Part shown: in pieces, positions 1 through 13,000 of the stretch
Numbering within the stretch: the first letter of the stretch is position 1
How the letters are laid out: each line of letters begins with the position of its first letter
DNA from: Paraphysomonas bandaiensis
Taxonomy: Eukaryota; Protista; Chrysophyceae
DNA length: 64,000 bases
Reading direction: 5' to 3'
Assembly: GCA_965644295.1 (NCBI GenBank)
Contig: CBFFRP010000309.1
Coordinates: 1 to 64,000 of the forward strand
Notes under the pieces: generated by a model
What the model was told of the DNA's origin: nothing
Database searches by the model: none
What the model saw: only the letters and a program-made list of their open reading frames with translations
Position numbers and translations under genes: made by a program

Positions 1-46
1 AGTACAGAAGTACAAAATAATGATTATTATCGTATAATGAATCATG

Positions 47-130
47 AATAATACTGTCTACAATATCAACGGCTAATAATACTGTCTACAATATCAACGG
101 CTAATAATACTGTCTACAATATCAACGGCT
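47..130. repeat. Tandem repeat, 3 x 28 bp (AATAATACTGTCTACAATATCAACGGCT)
   Basis: Three identical head-to-tail units at 47-74, 75-102 and 103-130, with no spacers. Confidence 0.95.
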
Positions 131-273
131 ATTGCTAATCCCAACAATCACATTCCCTACAGTTTGTATTCCTAACTACATGGTACACGTATACAATACA
201 GTACTGTACTACTAATCATATAATACAGGACATGTACACGTATATATTCTATATGTAAGTGGATAGTCCTACA

Positions 274-925
274 TCATGGATATTGTATTTGTGAATTTAT
301 TTTTATATATACTGCATTGCCATCAGCCCAACTCTTCTCTTTGATGTTTAGTTGGGGGCTAGTTATAATGCAACAATATGTGATGGCTCATCACACAAAA
401 TGTGTGTTGGGTCCTATATCATGCGTGGTCACCATCATCTGGCTGTCAGCATCAGTGATAGTTAGATATACGTATCACGCACATTCACGTGGTAGCATTA
501 AAAGCCAATGTTTAGTGTTTATATGCTGTGTGATGTACTAATCATTTGTTACAATCTAGGCGTGCAGTTTTGTTGAGCGGACGGTATATGAGATTACGTT
601 TGTTGCCTGGAGCAGAGAAAAGATGAGTCTGTAGTATGTGGTGTAGCTATATGGTATGTAGATACCGCGTCAGCCCCATAGTGTTTTACTCTTGCACGGG
701 TTATGGTGAGACAATGACAGTCTGTTTCGATGAGGTAACTTGCAACACTATCTGTCATGGATATTGTATTTGTGAATTTATTTTTATATATACTGCATTG
801 CCATCAGCCCAACTCTTCTCTTTGATGTTTAGTTGGGGGCTAGTTATAATGCAACAATATGTGATGGCTCATCACACAAAATGTGTGTTGGGTCCTATAT
901 CATGCGTGGTTACCATCATCTGGCT
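274..925 (+). repeat. 171-bp direct repeat (274-444 and 755-925)
   Basis: Copies identical except ggtCacc/ggtTacc; the second copy abuts the left arm of the long inverted repeat. Confidence 0.93.
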
Positions 926-1593
926 CCAGCGCCAGCCGCTACTTCCAGGGGGAGTGGCGTGAACCTAAGACATCATGATGCCGCGCAGGAGAGAATCAGC
1001 AGCCATGGGGATGAACCTACCCACTCCGATGCAAAGAGAGCGAAGACTCGCCCTTCGAAACAATTCAATGGGAATCTAGTGCCGAATCCGGCACCACACA
1101 GTCAAGTGGATCGTGTGTGTCAGCGTGTGGCCAAACGCTGTTACAAGCCTGCTGATTCATCGGGAAATTGGGGAAATCAGGGTACACCTGAAGGGCCAGA
1201 CCAGGAAACGAGTAATAGTAAGGTGATGGTGTATATACATGTTTAGCATTGTAATACATCATATGTATATACACCATCACCTAGTTTGTGTACATTTCTT
1301 ATTACTCGTTTCCTGGTCTGGCCCTTCAGGTGTACCCTGATTTCCCCAATTTCCCGATGAATCAGCAGGCTTGTAACAGCGTTTGGCCACACGCTGACAC
1401 ACACGATCCACTTGACTGTGTGGTGCCGGATTCGGCACTAGATTCCCATTGAATTGTTTCGAAGGGCGAGTCTTCGCTCTCTTTGCATCGGAGTGGGTAG
1501 GTTCATCCCCATGGCTGCTGATTCTCTCCTGCGCGGCATCATGATGTCTTAGGTTCGCGCCACTCCCCCTGGAAGTAGCGGCTGGCGCTGGAG
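924..1593. repeat. About 294-bp near-perfect inverted repeat (924-1217 / 1300-1593) with a nested 20-bp inverted repeat (1221-1240 / 1263-1282)
   Basis: The same peptide appears on both strands in the ORF track (833+ and 1277-); one mismatch seen (ggcgTgaacc vs ggcgCgaacc). Confidence 0.95.
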
Positions 1594-3356
1594 ATCCATT
1601 AACTGTATCGGGGTCTCGATCTGATTTGCTGGATTTATTTATTGGGGTTTTCGATCGAGAATTACTACGTTTGAGACCAACTACTTTGAGTTCTATGTAT
1701 TCTTCAGTGTACTTTTTTACGTCTGCAGCGTCGAGCTGGATGAGGCGTGTAGTGTCACCGCTGTTGTCCACTAGACCACGGTATAGATATAATACCAGTT
1801 CAGTCAGCCTATAGATATAATACTAGTTTCTGTACACAACTGTTCTCATGTAGTAATCAGATTTTCTTATTATATAATTGAGTTAGAATCATAAAGATGC
1901 ATTCAATAGAGCAACCATTATCATACCTCAATGTCAACCTGCATTATATGCTGCGCACGGACCAGCAGCATACTTAGGAATAAGGAATAACACTACTTAC
2001 AGTGCTTGCATGTCCGAGATGAGTGGTTGCGACGACGGAGCAGAAGAATCATCGAAAAGGATATATTCGTTTTAATTTTACACACTATAGATCTATAGAT
2101 GAATTCCTGCCACTACTGGGGTTAGGGTTACTAAGCATTTAACCTGATGATTGTGATAAGGTAAACCGCCTAGCAATACATATATATCAAATTTTGAATG
2201 ATGTTCAAGATAACGGAATTCCTCCATGTACTCCGATCAATACAGCAGAACACAACAGCTCTTGTAAATCAAAAAGCAAAGAAAAGAATCTGAAACGAAA
2301 CAAATCGAATGGAAAAATAAAATCTTGATTGGCGACTTGCAGTGTATATACTTCATTGTCATTGTTCATATGTTGCAGGCAATCCATAAGTTGAATTGTG
2401 TACGGCATTGATAAATGATAAATAATAGTTCTTAAACTTTAAGTAGTGCATATCCAACGCTACAATTTCCTAGCTACAACAGCACCGTCATCTCGAGAAA
2501 TGAGTAGTAAACAACTCTATATTGTCTGATACATAATGATAGTAACATATGTACATCCATCTCTTATCTACGACATCACCTTCATACATACATACATACA
2601 CATACACACATCTTATCTACGACATCACCTTAATCTTGATGAATGATATATGTAAACTTCAGTCATATTTACAGGACACAACAGATCATTACGAATGATA
2701 CAGCATTAGGAGTCATATGGTCGACAGGCTCTTCACTGGTTGGGTCGTAAGAGGCGTCCCTATACCACATACATACACTCCCACCACCCCCACAACTCAT
2801 CCACACTCTCATATTACTCATATGCTATCCTTATAGAGGAAGTCCTCATATGGACGATCACCACCAGCTGCACTAACAACATCGTCACAGTCTTCTAACG
2901 GATACGTATGCTTCCACAGCACCATTAATGCAGATACACCATATAAAATAACATACTCAGAGGCTCATTAGTGATGAACGCTTCTGTTTCAGTTGTATGG
3001 CTATTCAGGGTGCTCCATGCGGTCTATGCATGTATGTGTGTGGGTGTTCTGTATGTATATGTGTGTATCTGCTGCGGTATTATTCATATGATCATACGAG
3101 TCTCTCTCCTCATGAGGAGCACACACCACTATACACCACTATGACCACACACTGTTGATAGTCCTCACTCGTGTCTGTGAGTAGAGGCAGCAGCAGAGCC
3201 TCTGAATCATGTACTCATACATGCATATATCCACATCACATTCACTTCGAAGTCACCCAGAGGTATACACTCATATACGTACACGTATACCTATGTATAC
3301 CATATACACAGTATACAGAGAATACGTAGCTTCACAGTTGTAGTATGCACTCATTA

Positions 3357-3626
3357 TATGTATGTATGTAGGTATGTATGTATGTATGTATGTATGTATG
3401 TATGTATGTATGTAGGTATGTATGTATGTATGTACAGTATGTATGTATGTATGTATGTATGTATGTATGTATGTATGTATGTATGTATGTATGTATGTAT
3501 GTATGTATGTATGTATGTATGTATGTATGTATGTATGTATGTATGTATGTATGTATGTATGTATGTATGTATGTATGTATGTATGTATGTATGTATGTAT
3601 GTATGTATGTATGTATGTATGTATGT
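3357..3626. repeat. (TATG)n microsatellite, about 270 bp
   Basis: Read directly; source of the spurious MYVC/IHTY ORFs. Confidence 0.98.
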
Positions 3627-3680
3627 TCACATCAGGTGCTTATATTCACTGTGTGTTAGTAATATTCCCTCTATATCGCA

Positions 3681-5115
3681 ATGATATTCACAGTGTTCAT
3701 TCTTTTCATCACAGGGATCTTCTCTCGAACAATCGACTTCGAAGAGATCGGAGGTGTGCCTAATGATGACTCTATTGAGACTGTATGGAGTAATGGCGCA
3801 TTAATCAACACCACTCTCAACTCACTTTTACCTGGCGATACACTCATATTCCCTTCAAAGACCTTCTATGTCATGGGTGGGATTAAGGCGAATGGGATCT
3901 CTGATGTCACTCTACAGTTTGATGGTGTTATCATATTCTCTAATGTTAGTATTGTTATATAACTCATATAGTTATATATATAATGTGATATATGTATTCA
4001 GAATACAGAACAATGGCCAAAAAATGAGGATGGTGATGTGTTTGAGTGTATCTACATGAATAATATTTCAAATGTGAAGTTCACCTCGTCCAAAACAGGG
4101 ATACTGGACGGAAACGGCAGGTGCGTGATGCTCTGAGTGTTTTCTATGTGATGATGACTTTTAACAGGAAGTGGTGGGGACTACCGGGTATCGGATACCT
4201 TCGCCGCGTCGAGAACAGACCTCGATTATTTAATGTCGAAAACTCGAAGAACCTCCTTGTGGAAAATATCCTTTTCAAGGACAGTCCGTACTGGACATTC
4301 TGGGTGCACTCTGTTGATGGACTTGAGGTGCGCCACTGTGAAATATCGGCCCGACGCACGGATTACAACAATCATACACTGATTGATATGACTGCTTTCA
4401 ACACAGATGGTTTTGATGTGACTGGTAGAAATGTATGGATTCATGACTGCGAGGTTTGGACTCAAGATGACTGCATTGCTGTCAAGGATGACTCCCAGGA
4501 TATGCTGTTCGAGAGGATTACTGCTAGCGGCGTTGGCCTGACTATTGGTTCCATTGGATCTTCTACTGTACGGAATATAACATTCCGGGATTGTTACATG
4601 CCCAACTCCTACAAGGTGTGTGTGGACTATGTGTATATGCTTGTGGGGTTATGATGTGGGTGCAGGGTATCTACATGAAGTTCAGGGATGGGGATGGAGG
4701 TCTCATTGAGGATGTAACTTTTGAAAATATTCTTATCGAGAACCCGAGCCAGTGGCCTATATGGATCGGCCCTGCGCAACAGTCAGATAGTCGTCGGCTA
4801 TGCGCAGCACATCCTTGTAGCTTATGTTGGCCTACTCTCCCCTCTGCTGAGTGTAACGCACCCACCTCCCAATACCGCAATATCCTTCTTAAGAATATCA
4901 CTATCTCCAACCCTAAGATGTCTCCTGGTGTTATTTTGGGAAATACTTCGACCCCCATGGAGGACGTTGTGTTTGATTCTGTGCAAGTAATTAATCCTGG
5001 CATGGAACCTTGGGGTGAGGACTATTATGCGTGTGATGGAGTCGCTAGTGGGGTCGCCAAAGGTTCTACCTGGCCAGTACCACCCTGCTTTAAGGATGAA
5101 ACTGATACTGCATAA
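3681..5115 (+). CDS. Secreted glycoside hydrolase family 28 (polygalacturonase-like), 4 exons
   Basis: Hydrophobic N-terminus MIFTVFILFITGIFS. Introns 3945-4001, 4121-4167 and 4616-4665 give a continuous frame with LDGNGRKWW, RPRL, SPYWT, NTDGFD, QDDCIAVK, GLTIGS and GIYMK. Confidence 0.9.
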
Positions 5116-5814
5116 AATATGAACTGAGGCATTACAATATGGTACTGAACCGTTATTGATGAATGTCACACAAATTGTGGACCTGGCGTGGGTTATTGTC
5201 GCATGAAGCATGCTATCTCTTCTGGTCATGTGCTTATATTCATATATTTTATCACATTATTGAACCCTGTGCAATCACCGTGGTTTAATACAAGCTCCAA
5301 TTAAGTAAATGTCACAATTACCTTTAACTCTTCTTCTAGATTTCATCTTTGTATGTGTTTACCTAACATTGAAGCTATTTATGTCATAGCTATTTATTAG
5401 TTGTTAGTTAACGGGACGTTAACTGAGATTCTAAAAATGATCAACAAGTTAGAGTATACGAACTAGTATTACAGAAGATAGTTCTTATTCTTTTCGTTAA
5501 TCATATATTTGTTAAGTTAACGTGTCTCATCATCATTCTTAGCAACGTCTTACATCGGTTAAGTACACGTTATCCACAACTAGCAACTAGATTTCTATGA
5601 TACAGTGAAATGCGTTTTATTAATCGTCAAGGTTAAAGATTCCATATTATTTAATGCAAAACCAAAACTCCCATTGCTGGGATCGAAGTGAGTCACTCGA
5701 ATAAGAAACGCCAATTGAGAATAATTAATAAATCCAATTAAAATATGCGACATGAACACGATATATCAAAACTGAATCGCGAAATGCGAACAATAAGCGA
5801 ATACTTCTCGCTGC

Positions 5815-7295
5815 TTAGTAAACTTCACCCATTACACACTCTGGGGCATCCTCCATGCAGTCGAACATTTCGCGCTGCTCCTCCTCGATATGTTCGATGG
5901 TTGGCTCCTCTTTTATCTCCATCGTTGTGTCCGTCTCATTAACTTCTTCCTGTTGGTGATCATAGAACTTCTCGTCAAGGCAATAGGAGAAAACAGTGTC
6001 CAGAACTTTCAGAGCCCTTTCAGTTACCGCTTCCACGACACTGCTGACCCTTTCGTCCTTCTCGATGGCCTTCTGTGTCTCTACCACCCATCGGTCAACG
6101 GGGGTCTTGTCTCGGATGGTCTGTATGTACGGTGTTGCGGTCGCTATGGCAGTATGCACATAAGGCTGAGAAGCCTCCACACAGCCATGCACATATGGAT
6201 GAGCCTTAACTGGGATAGCCATAATCGTGTCTTGTGCGGTCTCAATGCGGTGGGAGAGATCCTGTGATACTCTAGCGTACACCTTGGAAGGAGCGGACAG
6301 TAGGGTTGCCTGAGTCTCGACAACAGCAGCCTGACTGCACTCCTTTATGTTGTAAACACGGTCCAGGATCGTCTTTTGTTCAGTGCGTAGCCATTGAGTA
6401 GTTTTCTCAGACCTATCTTGGGCCCAGTGATAGGCCGAATGCAAACCAGACCCGTACTTTTCTTTGGCAATACCTGCTCGGAAGCGCAGCTCGGCAAGTT
6501 TCTCTTCGGTGAGGCTGGATAGGTTTTTAAGACGCTTTGTTACTGCTCTGCGCAGACGCTGAAGAGATAGGGCTAGTTTTACGCGGAAGTTATCAAAACG
6601 GCTGTCCGTGGAGGCGAGGAGATGGTCAAGGAGGTCATCCAAACAGGACAAGAGGCTGAACCCTTCCTCAACAGACACAGACAACAGATTCTGAGCAACC
6701 AATACCGCTGCGTAATCGACCACTTTGCAAAGCTCAGCAACTGGGCGGGAGTTGGATATGTTATGCTCTTTTAAGATATGCTTGGAAAGATTGTACAGAT
6801 CCTCCGCTTTGAAGAACCAAGGCCTCTCCGCCTGAAGTAAGTCCAATGTCTTGTCGAACCAATTCACTGGAGCACGCTCAAGTTTGACGGCTTCAAGGGT
6901 AAAAATATAGCCCGCTGTGTCATCAAGAGGCTTCACGAGTACCCAATCATCCTGTGATCCAATAGATTGGACAGGAATGGACAGCTCTGCTTCATCGAGA
7001 TCGCTCTTGAGTAGCACTTGAATAATCTCATCCTCATGTACCTCCAGAATATCTTCTTTGACCTCGCACATCACTTTTCCATCGTATGATTGACATACTT
7101 GATCAATACGACTGATTACTGTATGATGAATAAGATAGAGAGGTTATGTATGTTCTCATAGTGTAGAGGGGGGCTTACCAGTGACAGTATAGGGGGCTGC
7201 AGGCTCTCCTGATAACTCAAATTTGGCTTATGGGATAGATTAGACATTAGGAGATTGATCATGTATGTGGACATACCAGATAGCTTGATAAACAT
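5815..7295 (-). CDS. Hypothetical protein: beta-rich N-terminus, long amphipathic helical region and acidic tail (about 458 aa, 3 exons)
   Basis: 419-aa ORF extended in frame by two small upstream exons (MFIKLS|AKFELSGEPAAPYTVT|VISRIDQ) through canonical GT-AG introns. Confidence 0.75.
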
Positions 7296-8675
7296 TGTGC
7301 TCTTAGGATCTTTAGATACGGAGAATGTAAATATGATCTTGACGGTGATTGTGATGATGCAATAGTCTGATTGAGGTCACGTGGCACTTGAGGCCTAAAA
7401 AACTCAAGATTCAAAAGGTGAGGTCAGAAATCACCGCATATTTCAGGAACTTTCGTGATGTAATGAGGTATAGGAAAAAATAGGGGGTTTTAGGGGAGAG
7501 CATAATACGGGAATTTTCTGACTGAAAAACATATGAGAAAGAGTGTGTATTTTCATGTGTATAGTGTATAGAGGAATACGAGAGAATATGTATTGGAAAT
7601 AGGAGGATACTGCGATACGCTGTTTGTCCCACTTGTAGTATGTCCCTTTCCGTTCACTCGTCTGTGTACAGCAGCAGTGTATGTACAATATGTAAAAATA
7701 GAATTATTTCAAAGAAAAATATGACACTGTTTAATAAAATGTGTTGGGATATGTTAGTTACTTCGTATCTCTTTGTATTATAGCGGATAGGATAGCTAGT
7801 GTATGTGACGGCATGGATTGAAAGAGATCAGACAGACAGATTTCTTGAACATTCGCGAAATGGACAAAATTTGTATTTTCGAAAAAATACTACAGTAAAA
7901 ATTTCTACAACAAAATTGACCAAATTATGTACATTATTCCATACAAAAAAATATTTCGAAGTACAATTTTACAAAATTTCACCCCTAAAAATAAAAAAAA
8001 TACAAAGAAATATTTTCATCAAGCATTTCAGACGCGACCGACCGATCAATCCACACACCAGCACAGTGCATTAACACAACAATTACAACAACTTCAGATC
8101 ATCAAGTTCATCAAACTCAGACAATTCTAATAAAAAAAGAACAATCTACCTGTGTGTGATCAATGTCCCCTCTATGATTATAGATATAATTAATGAGTAA
8201 GTTACGACTGAATGTTTCATGTCGATACTCACTTGTGTCTATGAGAGGATGCAATCCTTGTATGTATTTCTATGCCTGCAATTGTATGTGAGGATACAGA
8301 TTTTAACGTTAGTGTGTTATGTAGGTTTTACCATCAATGTGTTGGGTGTCAGTTTGATCTTGACTGGCTAACGCGGACGGTAACATATAGATGACACACT
8401 CCCGAATAGTATGCTGTGTATTAGAATATGGATCTTATTCGAGTATATTCAGTTCAGTATGTCACTTGAAGACAATGTACGAGAATACAGTGAAATATAG
8501 TGATGTATAAATGCTATGATGATATTAAGAAACTGAAATAGTTTTATCTTTCAAGATATGTGTAGTGACGAGAGGTTCACATATGTATGAGATTATGCAA
8601 GGAACAAAATGAGCTTGTGTTGTTTATCACAACTTTGTATAAACGTTATTAATGAATCTATCTAGTCTAACGACA

Positions 8676-8921
8676 TTTGCTGGAGGGAAGCAGAACAAGA
8701 TCAGTGAGCTGTTAACTCAGTATGGTTCTTTTCTTATGCGTCCGGAGGAGACTGCGAAGGACTACATTATACGGTTCGAAATACTGCTGCTGCTCCTGTA
8801 ACTCTTGCAGCAGTATTTCGAACCGTGTAATGTAGTCCTTCGCAGTCTCCTCCGGACGCATAAGAAAAGAACCATACTGAGTTAACAGCTCACTGATCTT
8901 GTTCTGCTTCCCTCCAGCAAA
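8676..8921. repeat. 115-bp inverted repeat (8676-8790 / 8807-8921) with a 16-nt loop
   Basis: Arms are reverse complements with one mismatch (tatac vs tacac). Confidence 0.95.
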
Positions 8922-8960
8922 ACATTTCTTCAACTCATCAATCATAACATACATGTGCTT
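8790..8960 (-). mobile_element. Ty1/copia gag (UBN2-like) relic
   Basis: DELKKCFAGGKQNKISELLTQYGSFLMRPEETAKDYITRFEILLQEL matches the copia gag pattern L..F....M...E....Y..RF..L..EL. Confidence 0.6.
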
Positions 8961-10020
8961 TAAACCTGTTTCTTCCACTTCCATCAGCCTTGAACCTTTT
9001 GTCCAATAGATGGAACGTTTGGAGCACCTTCGAAGTAGATTGCACTGCCTCCCTGCAATACGAATAATTTTTAGTGGGTGAAAATCCCACATAACTGTAT
9101 ATCTAATTGACTGCTTGTTATACATGTATCTTTAAAAGATTTCACATCTATTTTTACCTAGGGACTAGATAATCATGAAGATTACTGTGATCACTGTTGT
9201 TTTGTCTCACTGCATTCTACATTGAGTGGAAGTATTAGAATATGGTTTATATTCTAGTATATTCAGTATGTCACTTGAAAACTAATGCTGTGATGATATT
9301 GAGAAACTGAAATAGTTTGAGCTTTCAAGATATGTGTAGTAACGAGAGGTTCGCATATGTATGAGATTATGCATGGAACAAAATGAGCTTGTGTTGTTTA
9401 TCACAGCTTCGTGTAAACGTTATTAATGAATCTATCTAGTCTAATGACATATTCTCTCTGAGATCTAGTTTAAAATGAGCAATTTCCAACATTGTGTGTG
9501 ATCAATGCCCTCTATGATTATAGATATAATTAATGGGTAATTTACGGCTGCATGTTTCATGTCGATACTCACTTGTGTCTATGAGAGGATGCAATCCTTG
9601 TATGTATTTCTATGCGCGCAATTGTATGTGAGGATACAGATTTTAACGTTAGTGTGTTATGTAGGTTTTACCATCAATGTGTTGGGTGTCAGTTTGATCT
9701 TGGCTGGTTAACGCGGAGGTAACATATATACGACACACTCCCGAATAGTAAGCTGTGTTATATATATATGTCCCTCTATTATGATGCTGTTTTTATTACT
9801 GTCAGTGAGAATAGCAGTTTACTCTTCGTAATTGAATGGTATGTTTACTGAATTTAGTTATCTTACTTCTAATGTCAACAATGTAAATTTCTCGCACTCT
9901 GCCCCATAACTGTTATGAAAATATACACAGCAGCAGTAATACAAAAACTAATAAGAAAATTCGATTATACGAGTATGATAACGTCAAGATTAGCAAATAG
10001 AAAAGCGATGAGACATAATA

Positions 10021-13000
10021 TTAAGTGTTTTTCGGGGTGGTTCTGCGTGTAAAGTAAGGAATTTGGGCTGTAGATGGTGCTGATTTCTTCCTGAAATCGG
10101 GCATACCTAAAAATTGAGGTCTTTCTGATCTGTCTTCACACACTTCCGTAGTTTTTGATGTTATATTCGATTTAATCGGTCGGGCACCAATATATTGTTT
10201 CCTGATTACTGGAAATTCATCATCATTATTCATTCCAGTGGTCGGTACATCAGTTTTGTCGTCATTCATAGGGCGACAGCGGCCAAGCAAATTTTGTACG
10301 AATTTCGATCCAGATCCCTTCACGAAGGCTGCGCCCCACTTGGTTATAGTATCAGGTGCATGCGCAGTTCTTAACGATCCAGCATAGTACCGCTCGGCTT
10401 CTATTGAAAGTGTATCTAAATTATGATTCAATATTGACGATTGCTTCCAGCGCAATCTCTTGATTGCTGCGTGATGTGCATTAATCTCAGCATTGAGTTT
10501 CACTGACCGCTGCAAAACATCTTGTGATAAAGACAGTGACATTTCGTTAACAGAATTTCCTGCATCCAAAGCAGATCCACGCGTTAATGTTGTGCCATCG
10601 TGTACCAATATTCCTCCACTCTCTTGTGCAACAGAGTACTTTCCAGGACAATTAATGTCGATTCCAGCAGGAAATAATATCTTTTCTGCCAAACTATCGC
10701 ATGCTATGCTGAGGGAATGTATCAAAGCATTAGAACTCACGTCAGTTTGTGATGAATATTCCGAGCACATGCTATCTTGAAATTCAACTACTGGAACACT
10801 GTGGGCTCTATGCGCAGGCTGAATAGATGGACTGTGAGAATGTATGTCACACGGGGAACTTTTCAACATGTCTTCACTATCGACAATGCCATATTTTTTA
10901 CTGGAAGATTTCACATGATTCAAGGCTTTTTCAGCTCGATTTCTATGCAGTATTTTCCTCCATAGGATTCCAGGGTTGCCGTAAATGTTCGACGAACTTG
11001 GTGCGTCTCCGTATCCGCCACCTCCCTGGCCTGGAGTGTGACCCTGTACACATCCGGACAAAGTTTTATAAATATGGTGCTTTCCTGTACCCAATTCAGC
11101 AATGCTCGGTGGCAGCAATTTCGATTTGACTCCTGTACGAGTTGAATTTTCTTTCAATGCAGATTTAAAAGAAGGCGAGTCGAGTGCTGCTGTTAATATT
11201 TGTTCCTTACGGCTAGTATCCTCTTTAGAAGGGCATTGTACAGTAATATCTTTTCCAAGTACAACATGATTTCTTTCATGTTGCAAATCTTCAACAACAC
11301 TGCCGTGATTGGGATCAGTAGTAGTCAAGAGATTAATGAACATGATAACATCTGAGACATAGGCTGCCAGCGTGTGATATTCACTCAACTCAACAGTATT
11401 CGCTTTACAGTCGTCTATTTGTCTCAATAGGTGCCCTTCAAGTGACTTCTGCTCTTGAATCTTTGATTCGCATTCAGCGATGGCGTCTTTCAATACCTTT
11501 ATTTCATGGTAAAGAAGTTTTTCTTTTTCTTCCTTTTCTTTGACCAACCCCGAAACCTACACTATATATTAGTTTCATCCGCAAGATATTGATAATCACT
11601 ACCATTTCTGCGTATATTTCGTTCCGCTCTTTTCTACTCCACCCAGAAAGAGACATATTGGAATCAACGGTGCCATCAAGCCTGAATAAAACGGATTTCC
11701 ATCCCCCTTTTCCATACGAGGATCGACCATGTCTTGCCCTTTTCTCCGCATCATTCTTCAGATTTCGAACTTTATGAGTCATATCATCCAGACTCTTTTG
11801 CACAGTTTCACTGGATATTGCAGATTTCATGTGATCCAAATTAATCAAGTCGTCTGCATAAGATGCAGCAGATCTCATTGCACCACCAACAAAAATTGCA
11901 TCTTTTAGAACTTGATCCTGTACGTAACATAACACTTAATATAATCTATCTCTTATGATAGACAATGTTCATACCTCAATCAAATGTTCTGGTTTTACAC
12001 TAAATACCCACTTGTTGTCGCTAAACTCCAATCGTACTTCATCAACGATCTGGCTCAGCGCAGAAGTTATCCTCTCTGGGCTTTGATGTATGGCAGCTGA
12101 CAATCTGGAGAAGTGGTCTTCGAGTCTGTTCACCAAACCAGCAGCCTCACGAATCATCATACGTAAGCGCTGATTCTCAAATATATTTCTCCTTTCACGT
12201 TTCTCAAGTATCTCAAAAAAGTAATCATGGGACGACTTCGAGGCTACTGATGCATCAAATATATTTTGGGTTTTCATGTCTTCTGCCATTAACCGCGCTC
12301 CGTCAACAACACTTATACTCTTATCACCCGTCTTGCTTTCCACATTGGAAACTGAGCGTACTTTCGAGTCTACAGTTGTTTCAATTGTACCATTACGCCC
12401 GACATCGGCAGTGTTTTCTTTCTGAGATATCTCACGAGTGTCATTGGACTCGGCAGACACACTATCGCAAAGAGAGATATGAGAAGCCAAGTCTAGGCTT
12501 TGTTCATTTTCAACAGGTCGTCTCTGACTCTGTTGAGAGTGGTGTGGTGAATTCAAATCATGTGATTCCAGCGACGATCCACTTCCTTTTCTCTAATAGC
12601 CACGTCAAAAATACTACACTTATAAACTATAGATTACAAACCTGGCTCATTTGAATTTTATTTTCCTTTAATTTCAATTGCTTAAGCTCAAAGTGTGATA
12701 GCGTATCATACTTAGTATCATCCCCTTTTACTTTATCTGTTTCCTCCGCGATACTTTCTACCTGTGATGACACTGTTGAATGTAATTCATCAACTCCATG
12801 AATTTCAGCATCGACAGTCGATTGCTCATGCTTATCCGATTTTTTATTGCTCTTAAGTAGATCCCGTTTCCCAGAAACAACATTTCTCTGTGCTTTACTG
12901 GAATACTTCATTGACGAGTTCTTGTGATGTTGGCCTTTTGATGCCACCTTTGATACACTTGAATCGTCTGTAGTTTTACTTTTCATATAAACTTGTGATA

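Larger units (their letters stand above)
8153..9758 (+). repeat. Permuted dispersed repeat: A (8153-8419) B (8420-8675) ... B' (9233-9450) A' (9493-9758)
   Basis: Two diverged segments, each present twice in swapped order; B recurs reverse-complemented at about 21941-22118. Confidence 0.85.

Noticed and set aside
47-130. 28-bp repeats as a CRISPR array
   Set aside because: Units are contiguous with no spacers, no cas genes, eukaryotic context.
317-1246. ORFs 317+, 636+ and 833+ as genes
   Set aside because: Produced by direct and inverted repeat junctions; no recognisable domain.
2700-3215. Possible small spliced minus-strand gene (MIQRLCCCLYSQ... / LWKHTYPLEDCDD...)
   Set aside because: Could not assemble a convincing gene model or recognise a family.
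3271-3763. MYVC/IHTY repeat ORFs (also 61558-62115)
   Set aside because: Translations of stop-free tetranucleotide microsatellites.
4144-5229. Antisense ORFs over GH28 (and similar ones over the P4-ATPase, oxygenase and transposase)
   Set aside because: Shadow frames of real genes with no independent support.
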